64,000 nt of DNA, from assembly GCF_006345805.1 (NCBI RefSeq), contig NC_043012.1, forward strand, positions 18,972,001 through 19,036,000, written 5' to 3'. The notes beneath the pieces were generated by a model. That model was not told the DNA's origin and ran no database searches. It was given only the letters and a program-made list of their open reading frames with translations. Position 1 is the first letter of the stretch. Each line of letters starts with the position of its first letter. The position numbers and the translations under genes were made by a program. Of the stretch, positions 29,337 through 43,053 are shown in pieces. This DNA comes from Octopus sinensis. Its lineage: Eukaryota.

Positions 29337-29374
<38 letters not shown>

Positions 29375-29685
29375 GTATGCGTGCGTGTGTGTGTGTATGC
29401 ATGTGTGTGTGTATATATAAATGCATGCATATGCAATATTTCATATGTGCTACAGAGACAAAGAGGGAGATAGAAAGAGAGAGAGATAGGAAGATAGAAT
29501 AAGAGAGGCCAAGAGAGCGATATATACATAACCACATAGGTATTGTTGTGGTCGTGTTTGTGCATGCGCATATAAATCCGTATATAACAATGTTCATGTG
29601 TGTTTTGGGATGTAACCCAATACACACAGACACACTAATATGTATATATATATATGTTTGTGTGTGTGTCTCTCTCTATATATAT

Positions 29686-29720
<35 letters not shown>

Positions 29721-29825
29721 GTTGTTTATATATTGGTTTGGCAAGATCACTAAGAGTTATAATAAGTTTACATTTTGATTGGTTAAAAGAACTCGTTTAA
29801 AAGCTGTCCCTTCTGCTGACTTTCA

Positions 29826-30620
29826 TTGAAAGACGAGCAACGTTCTGGTCGACCTACTGAAATTAATAATGACTGAATCACAACGACATATGGATCTGAG
29901 TATCATATAACCGTGCTAGATACTGCAGAACGGTTAAATATGTCACACAAAATAATTGAATACCATTTAAAATAACTTGGCATCGATATTTGCGATATTT
30001 GCGTTCCACATAAATTCAAAGAGATCCACTTGAGACAACGAATGAAATTAATTTGTTTTTGAAACAAATTATCACTGTTGACGAAAAATGGATTGTCTAA
30101 ATTAACATCAATCTAAAATGATCATGGACCAAGCTCAATGAACCAGCACAAACCACGTCCAAATCGCAATTACATTATAAAATGAGCATGCTGTCAATCT
30201 GGTGGGATTAGAGTGGTGTTGTGTAGTTTGAGCTGCTTCCAATGAGCCAAACGATCAATTTAGATGTTTACTCTCGACAAATAATGATACCTGAAGGAAG
30301 CAATAAAAGAAAAGCGGCCAGAATTTTCAAATCGTAAAGGAATGGTGCCCCACTATGCCCAGCCTAGACCTGACACGTCTTTGCTAACTCGTGAAAAATT
30401 ATTGGAGCTTGGTTGGGAAGTGCCGCTCAATTCACCATATAGTCCTGATCTGGCACCATCAGGCTACTATCTATTTCGATGTTTGCAAAATTCTTAGAAT
30501 GATAAACCATTCAATAATGACCATAACTTGAAATCACACTTCCGTCTTTGTCTAATAACGAACAGAAATTCTATAAGCGCGGAATCGTGAAGTTGCAAGA
30601 AAGATGACGTGAAAGATGGT
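29826..30620 (+). mobile_element. Decayed mariner (Tc1/mariner, D,D34D-type) transposase
   Basis: Colinear motifs across stops and frameshifts: LKDEQRSGRPTEI, (W/C)VPHKF, LKQIITVDEKWIV, LSIWWD, FELLP...TIN, KEKRP...RKG, KLLELGWEV, PYSPDLAPSGYYLFR (30438-30480), FYKRGIVKLQER. Confidence 0.92.
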
Positions 30621-30666
30621 CATCTTTGTATATATAAAAAAAACAACTTCTTTACTTTCACATTAT

Positions 30667-30838
30667 AGACGTAGGAGTGGCTGTGTGGTAAGTACCTTGC
30701 TTACCAACCACATAGTTCCTGGTTCAGTCCCACTGCGTGGCAACTTGGGCAAGTGTCTTCTACTATAGCCTCGGGCCGACCAAAACCTTGTGAGTGGATT
30801 TGGTAGATTGAAACTGAAAAAAACCGGTCGTATATATG

Positions 30839-30873
<35 letters not shown>

Positions 30874-31074
30874 TCCCCCCCCCGGCCCCTACATCGATTG
30901 AGAACCGATGCTGGTGTTTTTCCGTCCCCGTAACTTAGTGGTTCGGCAAAAGAGAACGATAGAATAAGTACTAGGCTTACAGATAATAATTCTTGGGGTC
31001 GATTTGCTCGACTAAAGGTGGTGCTCCAGCATGGCCACAGTCAAATGAGTGAAACAAGTAAAAGGGTAAAAGAG
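30667..31074 (+). mobile_element. Full-length tRNA-derived SINE family A
   Basis: GACGTAGGAGTGGCTGTGTGGTAAG...GGTTCAGTCCCACTGCGTGGCAACTTGGGCAAGTG..., an internal (TA)/(TG) tract, and a 3' end GCTCCAGCATGGCCACAGTC...GAAACAAGTAAAAG. Confidence 0.9.
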
Positions 31075-31731
31075 TATTCAATAACCCGAGTAAGAGTATT
31101 CAATAAGCAATGTATAGATGGATAGATATATTGATACATAGATAGATTACTAGATAGATACATTGGTAAATAGATATATAGAGAACGCGATAGATGCATG
31201 TTAGAGCAAATCAACATTTTTAAACATATATATTCGAGTGTCTGTAGATAAAGTTTTTTGGATGAGTTCATGCGTGTGCGTTTGTGTGTATATGTGTAAG
31301 TCTATATGTGTTTGTCTCATAATGTGTTTGCTTCCCTGACCGTCTACGTAAATGTAGAATTTGTAGAGGAATAATAATCTAAGCTCTCTGAATGGAACTT
31401 TTACCTATTTAAAACTTAACACAAAAGTTAATTATCAACATGTTGATTAGGATTTAAATATACAACGTTCTATTTTTTTTGTAGTCTATTTGGCACCTGT
31501 CAATCAGTTTAAGTAAAGTTCTATTAATTAAAGACTCCTAATGACATCAATATCTTTAAACATGTGAGGTGCTCGGTAAATAAGTGTTATTCGTGGGTAA
31601 ACATTTACTGAATTATCTAATCTTACTACTGAAGTTATGTTTGTATCGGTGCCAAAGTAGGTTCTTGAGTTTATCTGATCGGATTAACTGTTCACATGTA
31701 TTTTAGAACAGACGTCCACATACACACACAT

Positions 31732-31817
<86 letters not shown>

Positions 31818-31976
31818 ACACATATATATATATATATACACATATATATATACACATATACATACATATATACGTAGATATGTATGTAGATATATATATA
31901 GGTATATATATATATATATATATATATAATAATATATATATATATATAGATATATATTACATATATATATATATAT

Positions 31977-32011
<35 letters not shown>

Positions 32012-32031
32012 TACTATATATATTATATATT

Positions 32032-32071
<40 letters not shown>

Positions 32072-32091
32072 CATATATATATATATATATT

Positions 32092-32131
<40 letters not shown>

Positions 32132-32160
32132 CATTATATATATATATATATATATATATT

Positions 32161-32209
<49 letters not shown>

Positions 32210-32582
32210 CATGCATACATTTATATATGAATGAATGAGGGTATGTGAGATGGTGGCTTATAGATTGTTAGCTGCTTCCGTAGGGAGGTGATGTGTGATG
32301 ATCATTGATTCAGTTGTGTAAATAAAAACAGATGACATAAAACAATTACATATGATTGAGTGCATACTTCACCATTTATTTAGAGCAAATGTTGAAATAG
32401 CAACACTGGGAGTTGGAAACCTATTTTTACTTGCAATACATCGTTCAGTGGATAAGTGTGGAAAAAAACCATAAGTCGTTTCATTGCACTTTGGCTGCAA
32501 CCAAAGAAAATTCTATAAATTTCTGTCTTCGACACCCAAAGATGTGTTTAATCACACATACACACGAAGGTACCCCTTTGTT

Positions 32583-32795
32583 TGTATGTACGTATGTATG
32601 TATGTATGTATGTATGATGTATGTATGTATGTATGTATGAATGTATTATGTATGTATGTATGTATGTATGTATGTATGTATGCATGTATGTATGTATGAA
32701 TGTGTGTATGTATGTATGTATGTATGTATGTATGTATGTATGTATGTATGTATGTATGTATGTATGTATGCGTGTATGTATGGATGTATGTATGA
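32583..32795. repeat. (TATG)n microsatellite
   Basis: A long, nearly pure TATG array. Confidence 0.95.
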
Positions 32796-33174
32796 TCTAG
32801 AATGTGTGACTCTTTATCAGGACATTGTTTACATTTTTAGTTAGAATTAATCAAAATTTCTTTCGTGATTCTTTTCCTAGAAAACATTGAGATATAAATT
32901 ACTGTTTGCTTACAACATAAATACAACATCAATTACTCATAAATCAGTGTTTTTTATACTGTATCATGCCGATACTCTATATCAGAAAACTCCGTTTTCT
33001 GTTCAAGAGTTATATTGAAACATATCTAAGCAATAAAATGCCGTGTTTTCATTGAGGCTAAATGTTTATTATTAAAGTTACTTGAGAATGAATTTCGTAG
33101 ACAGAATCTGAAATAAATCCGTTACATAAGCATGTGCGAGTGTGCATGTGTCTATGTTTGTGATTTCATGTGTG

Positions 33175-33260
33175 TGGTGTAATTCACCAACTCTCGACGG
33201 CGAATGCTGGTTTATTTACGTCCGCCGTAACTTAGGGCTTCGTAGTTTGAGAGACGCAGA
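33175..33260 (+). mobile_element. Degenerate 3' fragment of SINE family A
   Basis: GAATGCTGGTTTATTTACGTCCGCCGTAACTTAG resembles GATGCTGGTGTTTTTCCGTCCCCGTAACTTAG of the 30667 copy. Confidence 0.45.
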
Positions 33261-34930
33261 ATATTATCACGTTATTCTAATTAGTGAAATTTTAATTCCA
33301 CAGACAAATACATACGATCTTAGAGATATACTAATATGCAACATTGCACATAAAATCATATTAATAAATGTCTTAAATCAATTACTGCTAAACCAATCAC
33401 GGTAAAAATATTTTACCAGTTTAACAACTTAGGAGGTAAAATGGAAATAAAAAAATGTTTCACTGGATAAGATCCACGTATCTATCGCTTGGTGGACAAT
33501 CATTTTGCAGATTGCACTACATATCATCATATGATTACACTATATATCATCATATGATTATAATAAGTTAAAAGTGAACGTAAAAGAGTGTTCACCTTCA
33601 AAGATTCACTCTCGATGCATTCGTTATTTGTTCTACAAATTTATCTCTGATGAAATCATAGTGAAACAAGTGAAAGTTTATAATAAAAACACACATGATT
33701 ATTTCTCTGAATCATTATATTACTAATAAAAAATTAAATAGAAAACAAAAACATTAATGGATGCTTTTAAATACAAAAATATTAATGCATAAAATGCTAT
33801 GATGGATATTTACCCAATAGAGCGAGAAGATATCATAACGAATGAAAATAAAACTGATAGGGGAAAATGAGAACGTAATACTTTCCCTTGCAAAAAGTAT
33901 TTTTTAATGTATCCTTTATAGTTTAGGGCACAGATAGTGATGTCAAAACAAACAAAAAACAAATCCAAACAAAAAACAAACACGTGTTATGTTTCAGAGT
34001 AGAAAGATTATAATAACAGTAAAAAAAAAGAAAATTCCGTTATGGAGAATAGTAAAGTGTGTTGAAACATAAAAAAATTAAAGCATCTGTGATCTGCAGT
34101 GGAACATTTAGTAGAAAATCGAAGTTGGTAGACATCAAAAGTTGAATATTACATGAATTGAATGAAAATTCGGTCGAATACTTTTTTTTCTGTTTTCTTT
34201 CTCCTCTTCTAAAATCAGTTAAGCTTTGTGGAAAATATATCTAGTCCAGTCGTCAATACTATAAAAAAAGTGTAGCTGAATAGGCCTAAACGTGGTACGT
34301 ATATGAATTGGCTATGAAGAAGAAACGACAAACAAAAGCAGAGACAATCACTATTTACTCTTGTTTGCTGTTTTGCTAGTTTTATTTTTTTCATAATAAC
34401 ATAGTTTGTAGTTAATCGTTTGAATATAGTTTCTTGAATTATTTTTGTTAGGAACTAGGTAATCGTTTCAGATTAATATGTGTATGACTAATATGTAGGA
34501 AAAATATGAAGAAAAACTAGGCAGGAGAATCGATTTCTCCAAATTTTTTGCTGTATAACATGTATGTACTTATAAATTTATAACAAATTCGCCAGAAAGC
34601 GTATAGAAAAGTTAAAACAACACACTTGAAGTATTGAAAGTTCGATGTAAAGAAATGTGAAGCATTTGATTGCAGGAAATTACATTTTTCTCCGAATGCC
34701 TGACGCATCCACCCCCGCCATAATTCAGACTAAAAAGAAAGAAACAAAGCTCTGTCACTATTAATTCAAATAAATATAAATCATTTGAGATTACAGTCTT
34801 TATATTATGCAGTATATTCAAATATTGCATACAACAAAATCTTCGTATGCACAACTTAAAAATTGCTGTGCCATATATATATGAGAGAGAGAGGGGGAGA
34901 GGGGGAGAGAGAGGTATATGTTCTGTTATT

Positions 34931-35771
34931 CTTTTATTCTTTTACTTGTTTCAGTCATTTTGCTGTGGCCATGCTGGAGCACAGCCATTCGTCGAACTAA
35001 TTGACCGCAGGACTTATTCTATAGGTCATTTTGCTGAACCGCAAAGTTATCAAGCGATGGTGGGGAGAACAAACACAGACACACAAACATATACAAATAC
35101 ACACATACACACACGTACGCACACACACACACACACATATACAAATATCGTTATTTCTAATTCTCTCTAAAGGAGACTACGGCAGAGGTACTGGATATTA
35201 ATTGTTATCACCAAGCTGACATGGCAGTTCAGATAAACATGACGAATGCTGCCGTTGATTAGCTCCAAGCAGTCATCGCCTCTAGCTAGCTATGTGGCAG
35301 CACACAAAACTTTGTCCATTATAACATTCGAACTGGAGAGGTCGGTAGCTTCTCCTTGCTGGTCTGGCACTCACAGACTAGTTTCGCGTTGTTTGCTTCT
35401 TATTAATGTGAAGCAGCCGAATCCAACAGGCGTTGCTACTGACCGTCTGTTCAGCCGGTTTTCAAAAATAGAAATATCATTATATCTAATTCCCTCTAAA
35501 GGAGACAACGGCAGTGACACTGGATATTAATAGGTTATCACAAACTAACATGGTACTCTAGATAAATAGGCCGAATCCTGCCATGCTAGCTTGACGATAA
35601 ATATCCACAGTGATAAGAGGCAACAACCTCGAAACTAATCTTTGGACGCCAGACCAACATGGGGAAGCAGCTGACCTCCCCTGTTCGAAGGTTATAATGG
35701 ATACAGATTTGTGTGTCACATAGCTAGCTAGACGCGATGGCATCTTGGAGCTAATCAACGACAGCATTCGT

Positions 35772-35832
<61 letters not shown>

Positions 35833-35982
35833 GGCAGCCTAACATATCCACCCACTCGGATTTGGTCGGACTGAGGCTATATTAGAAGCCACCTGCCCAT
35901 GATTCCATGCAGTGGGACTGAACCCGGAGCCATGTGGCTGGAAAGTAAGCTTCTTATCAGCTAGCCAGTCATGCCTTCGCCT
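34931..35982 (-). mobile_element. SINE family A copy split by a ~630-bp insert in its internal microsatellite
   Basis: The 3' half (34931-35100) and 5' half (35830-35982) both match the 27071 copy. Non-SINE sequence lies at 35143-35771. Confidence 0.8.
35143..35771. repeat. Composite element: diverged direct repeat A/A' plus diverged inverted repeat B/B'
   Basis: A (35143-35253) resembles A' (35472-35582). B (35242-35410) resembles the reverse complement of 35606-35771. The similarity is visible in both DNA and the paired track ORFs (35246+ and 35558-). Confidence 0.85.
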
Positions 35983-37000
35983 ATATGTCAATGGTGGCGT
36001 ATTTATACATAAACGGAGAAGGAATCAACGTGAATACATATGATAAATTTGGTAATTATGAATTATAGTAATTCAGTCTCGAAGCGACATCTAAAAGAAG
36101 TTAAAGGAGTTAGAAACTATTACACCGTATGCTATGTGTTAGTCTGATTTAATTTAATATATTTCGCAAATATACGGCCACCCATGATTCTTGGGCCTTT
36201 TGACGTATCAAAAACTAAGCCATATCTGCACGAACACTTTCGTTCCAAACATTTGGATGATGTATTAGCAAATTTGCTTCGTATATTTGGAAGCTTTTCT
36301 CGTAAATATGAGAATGCTTCAGCCATCGAATGTGTAGTGTGAACATTTGTACAATGTATACTCGAATGGCAATATATATAAACTTCAAAGACGCACGAAG
36401 CAGAGTATTTTGCCATATAATATAGCCGACATTGATCTATGTAAAATGATATTCCATGTTAGCAAAACTCTATATCAGGAAGACATACGTATTTGTGTAC
36501 TTCACTATTTTTGTACTGAATGACACAAAATGTTTACAATTAGTTAAAATTTGCATCTTAGTAGAAAGTATAGTGTTGTTGTTTTCACCTCAGAAGCACA
36601 AGTGAAGATAATTGCAAGCTTTACGAAATTAATTTTCCCAAAACTATTAATTTACATTCATTTCCATGAATCTTTTTAATCCGATTATTAAAGTAGAGAA
36701 GTTCAGATAAATACTTTTGACTTATTTACATGGTTTCCGACATAATAGGAACTTCTGCGTAATGTGACTAACAACATTGAAAAGAGACCGTTTGCTTCAC
36801 TCATTATGCAAATTCTATATATTTGTAAATATGTACATATCCATCCGTATAATACAATTTAGAGTCAACTATATAAACGTTACATAAAATGAATACTATT
36901 TGCCTTTATACTTGCACATATCGTTATTAGACCACAACATGTGCACAACTTTCAATGAAATATATGCTTTTATATATTTATGCCACCATATACATTGCAA

Positions 37001-37290
37001 GTGAAGGTTCATGGCTCAGTGATTAGAGCGCAGGCTCTCAATCATAGGTTTCGATTCCCTGACTGGGCTGCGTGGTGTCTTTCACGTTGCACCAGTTCAC
37101 GCAGCTGTTGAGATGAGTTGCGACATTACTGATGCCAAGCTATATCGGCCTTTGCCTTTCTCTTGGATAACATTGTTAGCGTGGAGAGTGGAGGCTGGTA
37201 TACATGGGTGACAGCTGGTCTTCCATAGATAACCTTTCTCGAACTTGTGACTCTGAGGGGAATTAACTAGTTTCAATCCAACAGTCATTC
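37001..37290 (+). mobile_element. tRNA-derived SINE family B, subfamily with alternative 3' body
   Basis: The head CATGGCTCAGTGATTAGAGC...TTCGATTCC is followed by TTTCACGTTGCACCAGTTCAC...GAGTTG and a body GCCAAGCTATATCGGCCTTTGCCTTTCTCTTGGATAACATT shared with the 38762 copy. Confidence 0.7.
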
Positions 37291-37700
37291 ACGACCCAAG
37301 GGGTCTTTGTTTTACCCGTTTACATATTACAATCTTAAATCATGGCTACACGCATACAACCTATCACAACTCCATCGCTAAATAGTGTACCACTCGAGAT
37401 AACATAGATCGCCCGACTCGAAGTGTAATACGAAATAATCACTTTGTGTTGAAAATATATTTTAAATGACGTGTATATTAATGCAGTTGCATCACAAAGT
37501 TTCCCAAGTTTATAAGGAATGACCTCAAACATCAACACGTTGCCCAGTTAATTAAACAATTATTGCAAGTTAATTATTCATGCCTTCGAAGTCAATGTAG
37601 AAGGAGCTTAGGCAATTCCAGGATATATTATATGATACATACCTATAGACATACATACAGATATTTACACACATCTAATATCTATCTATCTTAAATATAT

Positions 37701-37748
<48 letters not shown>

Positions 37749-37767
37749 TTACGCATACACATATACA

Positions 37768-37833
<66 letters not shown>

Positions 37834-38761
37834 TATGTACACATATACTCACATACACAATCACTCATACACATTTGCAGCTATATATCGGTATATACAC
37901 GTTTCCATCCACGTATATGGACATGGTAGCATTCTAATATACATTTGGGCTAGTACTTTACCACATTGACATGCATGTTGTATAATTGCAGCAAGTCTTA
38001 AGAATCAACCATATCAACATATTGATTTGCTGAGGCACAAATCTACTTTGCAGATTATTGTAGCTTTTCTGAAAAACAGAATCGTGATATATCCAAATCC
38101 CGTTTCAAATTGTGAAACAAGCAAATATCGCACGTAGCATGATCTGCTAAGTAGGAAAGTTGTATTCTGAATTCAATAACAATGCCAGGTGAGCCGGTTT
38201 AATGCCGTGAAAATGCATATACTGTGTTGTAAAAGATATATTGGTTTCATAAACTTTTGGAATTGTAAATGGATACCTGTACACATTAATACATACATAT
38301 ATGTATGGTTATATATGTTTGCACAAATAGACTTACATAAACATTGATATGTCTTCCTTCTTATTATTTTCCCCTGTAACAACTTGTTTGTAAATATCCG
38401 GTTTAATTTTTCCCTTTTACCCCATCTATTTTTCCTTACTGAATTTTATTGATAACCTTTTGATGTTCTTCGTAAATGTTTCACACTGATGAGAATGATA
38501 ATGCATAACTTTAATTATAATCATTATTATAATTTTTCCTTACATATTTGTGTTGTCTTTTGAAACGTGCGCATGTAATAAATACAATTTTGATTTTAAC
38601 ATATTTTTATACTTGATTGAGGTAGCTTTATACTTGTAACGAGTTTTTTCAATTATATATATATATATATATATGCGTTCTATGCCCGCCAACTGGTTTT
38701 TCGTAATATTGTTTTGTCCATTACTCACTACATAGATTATATCACACGAAATTTCGCAAAA

Positions 38762-38962
38762 ATGTTATCCAAGGGAAAGGCAAATGCCGATACAGCTTGA
38801 CACCAGTGGTGTTCCAACTCATTTCTACTGCTTAGTCAACTGGAGTAACGTGAAATAAACTGTCTTGCTCAAGAATACAAAACGCAGCCCGGTACGGGAA
38901 TGGAACTCACTACCTCACTATCCTAAACTCGACGTTCTAGCCACTGAGCCATGCGCATTCAC
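38762..38962 (-). mobile_element. tRNA-derived SINE family B, same subfamily as 37001, 3'-truncated
   Basis: The minus strand reads GCGCATGGCTCAGTGGCTAGAACG...GAGTTCCATTCCC...CTTGAGCAAGACAGTTTATTTCACGTTACTCCAGTTGAC...CAAGCTGTATCGGCATTTGCCTTTCCCTTGGATAACATT. Confidence 0.8.
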
Positions 38963-39189
38963 ACACGCACACACATATATATATATATATGTGTGTGTGT
39001 GTGTTTGTGTTTGTGTATACATAGATATTTACAGATACATACATACACAGTTGCATACACAAAAGCACTCACACATATATTCATGCTCAAAATCATGGGG
39101 ACTCATTCAAAGAGAGCCTTTACACACTTCCTCTAAGAGACTTCAACATCCTTAATACGAAATAGTCTAAGGGCATCCAGAATTCCTGC

Positions 39190-39490
39190 TCGACTTCACA
39201 AACGTACTCTTTAAGGGCTAGGAGTATTCTAATGAGGCACCCTGCAATATCTCACTGCGTCAAAATGGGCCGCAAAAGGAATGCAAATGATCGTATGTGA
39301 AACAAACATGTCTCGGCACCGAGTATGAACTCAACCCCACCTATAAAATGGAGATGGCAGAGAAAGAACCCAGCGATGTCATAAATATAAAGACAAAACT
39401 TAAAGTATTTTGTATATTTCCAAATGAGTCTACTTTAGTGCGGTACACGTTAGGGGCACTGCTCGAAGAAAATGACTCACCTCCTGCACT
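39190..39490 (+). mobile_element. Degenerate transposable-element coding fragment (most likely Ty3/Gypsy RT N-terminus)
   Basis: FTNVLFKG*...PCNISLRQNGP...EPSDVIN...KLKVFCIFP...YTLGALLEE loosely follows the Gypsy pattern F..VF..GLG...P..I.L....P...EPTDW...KLRVCIDP...YPLP..EE. Confidence 0.35.
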
Positions 39491-39599
39491 CCTCTGTGTA
39501 TGAGTGAAATACCGAATGTACACTACAGGAATAGTTTTACAAATCCATTGAGACGATTACAAATAGCTATGACTGATGAGTTCCGTCGGTTTCACAGAT

Positions 39600-40010
39600 C
39601 TACGTAAACAGATGTCAATTATTGATATCATTGACATAGAGGAAACTGATGTAATGCCAGCCGTTGGTGTAATGAGCCCAAACACATTGTCTCTCTCCCC
39701 TCTCAAGTCAGCAAAACCATACAATGCATTGCCATTGAAGAATGATCACGTTGCTCGAAGATAATGACTTGATCCTTGATAATCAGCATGCGTTCCATCC
39801 AGGGCTTTTGCAATGTTACACAGATTTTGCAACATAATAACAGTGTAGACACAACTAATGAATCGCTCAAACGTGGATGTGACTCTTTCTTGATATTGCA
39901 AAGTCTTTTATCAGGTGGATGTGTTACAAACTAAGGAGACTCGGTATAGAGAGAAAACTGGGAGATGGGTTACATAACTTCTTAAAAGACATCAGTTTCC
40001 TCTATATCGA
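39600..40010 (+). mobile_element. Old, internally deleted CR1-type LINE RT fragment
   Basis: Broken motifs DIIDIEETDVMPAV, DNQHAF, TQILQH, NVDV.FLDIAKSF.QVD and LG...KLG.GLHNFL parallel those of the 45.7-kb LINE. Confidence 0.65.
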
Positions 40011-40584
40011 TGTTATCAATAATTAGCATCTGTTTGCCTAGAGCTGTGAATCCGACGGATATCATCAGACATAGTGTTTAAATATATATTTATATTTGTG
40101 TGTGAGCGTGTCTGTGTGTATGTGTGTGTCTGAGTGGGTGTGCTACAAGGCTGCATATGCTATAATTTATAAACAAATTTTCAGGTATATTTCAAAAGCA
40201 ATACCATGACTGGAATTACCTATACCATTGCACGTTATTTCATAAATTTGAATTCATAGGAAACTATTATACTATGCCTCCCACAGAACATCTAACACTT
40301 TTTTTTATACACCAACCCTTTTGATTTCGAGGAGTAAGCTGTTTCAACATCTTGTGCTAAGAACGAATGCACTTTTCAACAAAGTCTATGTAATACGGTT
40401 ACTTGCATTGATATATAATAACCGTTTCTAAGTAAAGTAAATTGTTTAAAAAAAAACAAGAATCAGATATCCTTCCCGTGCAATAGGTTCAAAAAGCCCG
40501 CCTTTTGAGCCAATAGCGTTGGCATATATATTCCCCAGGGACGGGACGACAGAGTGCCGTTCGGTTAATTATAATTGCCAACTG

Positions 40585-40675
40585 AGTGAACTGGAGCAAC
40601 CTGCTCAAGAACAAAACAAAATGCCCGCTTCAGGAATCGAAACCACAATCTTATGATTATGAGGGCTACACAAGG
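40585..40675 (-). mobile_element. SINE family B 5' fragment
   Basis: CTGAGTGAACTGGAGCAAC-CTGCTCAAGAACA...GGAATCGAAACCAC matches the head and core of the 44658 copy, with a deletion. Confidence 0.55.
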
Positions 40676-42788
40676 ACGACTCAGGGACGTGCCTACACAC
40701 ATATTAATAATTCCGCAGGAGACGTGGCGCGAATACTGTTAGAAATTCACCTTCTTTTAAATATAAGAGAAGTATATGATTTGAACACTTTTAGCACTAA
40801 TTATACACAAAACTGGTGTGCTTCAAACGGCTCTTTCACTCCCATCGAACACACACACACGCACAAATAGAAAAAGAAACCGAAAAAGCCGATCTAAAAT
40901 TCTTTCATCTGCATCACTATCAGGAAATGAATTACTGAACAGTATATTAGCCTGTGGTAGAGGACAACACTGCAGCAGATGTTTCTACTATCTATTTTGG
41001 GATATATCATTACATTTATTAATTTTCAGCTGTTCGATATAAACTTACATTGAGATAAATGCTAACAAGTTTATTTTATCATTTCTTGTGTCCAATTATA
41101 TCTACCTGCTAAAGTTAGTATTCTGTAATTCTGTTCATACAGCCCTGTAGTGTTATCGTCTCACTTCATTTTCATGAAGATCTTTATTCGATGTTCAGGA
41201 AGTATCGCAATTCTTGGAAATGAAGGAACTTGCAACGACTACTGGCCAAACGATTTTGAATATAAAGCTCTTCGAAAAAGGAAATTTCAGCGCTATATGT
41301 AGAACTACGGCAACTTGACATGTTTTATATTACACTTTTATATATGATAGGCAAAAGGTTATATGAATTAGGAAACGGGACCTTACCGATTCACGAAGAT
41401 TAACATTTCTACGGATTACTATAACATCTAGTATCTTCTATAGCATCAGTCATTGTTCATTCTGTGAAACGTGAATTTCTCTCCGATAAAGAATTAATGA
41501 TGTGAAAAGCTATCATGAATGAAATTCTCTTGGAATATTTAAATGCATAATAACATAAACGGTGTAAATAAAACACAAATCAGATCATATATAACTGGAA
41601 TCACCAAATGTACGAAGAATAAAGAACTAATTCTGTTATTATATACTGCCGAGGTTATAATATAAATGAATATTTTGTATCGATTTCGAAGCAGTTGTTC
41701 TCAAATAAGAGTATGTTTATGAAGATATTTAATGAAACGTGTCCCGTAAACATATAATATTCATCCGATGAAACACATCGTTAACAGAAAATCATAGTGA
41801 TATATGATTCTAGTTTAGCAATAGGAATAATACGTATACAATGAAATAAACCAGTTTCTTCATATTTCAATGTATTAATATAACCATATAAAAGGAGATA
41901 TTGTTGGCGTTTTATTAACAATTATTTTAATTAATGGAAATAGCATGACATGAATGATATTTCCTTAATTAATAATGCATGATCATAAATAAAGCAGATG
42001 TTTGCGAGGAAGAAATTATTAGATCCTTTACAACACTGTAATAGAAATTCGAAATGAATTGTCGGAGTCAAATGGAGTCTAATTCTCGAATATTTTAAAG
42101 AGAAGCATAATACTCTGCGAGCAAATGCTTCTGCAAAACAAATGGAAGGGAATAATATATATGAATCTATATCTATTGTAAAAAAATATATATATGTGTA
42201 CCGTAAGAGAAGCATTTTTTAAAAACAGAAATTCAGTAAATATGGAAACTACATAATATTCATTTCGTTAGTTTAATAGGAAATAAATAAGACTATCCAG
42301 CGAGAGCCATTTAGTGAAAGGATAAAAGGTTAAAAATCAACATGGCATTTACTCATCAGCGTTATATAATGGACAAATCAATTGTATTGTATGCTCTATT
42401 AAATCAATTAAATCCACCTGTGCCTATTGATATCAAACCAATATTAAATGTCATTCTGAGATTTGTTTTCGAATTATTTTTCTAAATTCTCTCAAGCTAC
42501 AAACAATGATGATAGATCTGTATTAAAAAAAAAATATAATGAAACAGAAAGAAACACAATCAAATTATTGTCATTGATATCCCCAAAATTAGACCTTCCA
42601 TTAAAGTATGTGTACACTATATATGTTTATTCAATGTGCCCATCATGATTTATTTTCTTGATGTTATTCAGACTTATACATCCATCCCGAAATTCATGCG
42701 TAGGTGCATACATACATATACAAGGTTATACATATGCATACGCGCACGCAGAATATTCGCTGCATACACATCTATGTATATATATATA

Positions 42789-42819
<31 letters not shown>

Positions 42820-42997
42820 CATATATATATGTATGTATGTATGTATATGTATTTATATATATGTATACATATATATGTGTATATATATATGTGTATATAT
42901 ATATATATACACATACACACATGCACACACGCACACACACGCGCATATACACATATAAATATACATATATAAGTATATATGTGCACATTTGTATGAA

Positions 42998-43053
<56 letters not shown>

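Noticed and set aside
36132-36416. ORF with AFSYLREKLPNI, faintly similar to a DNA-transposase motif
   Set aside because: The match is a single short motif with wrong spacing to the next expected motif, which is insufficient to call.
38483-38576. CTGATGAG ... GAAACGTGCGCATGT, hammerhead-like
   Set aside because: About 70 nt separate the two core halves with no stem II closing onto GAAA, and the required U16.1 is C. At best it is a dead relic.
41198-41305. Plus-strand frame GSIAILGNEGTCNDYWPNDFEYKAL, with a PTP-like C..YWP
   Set aside because: It rests on a short motif only, with a weak donor and no other PTP exons found.
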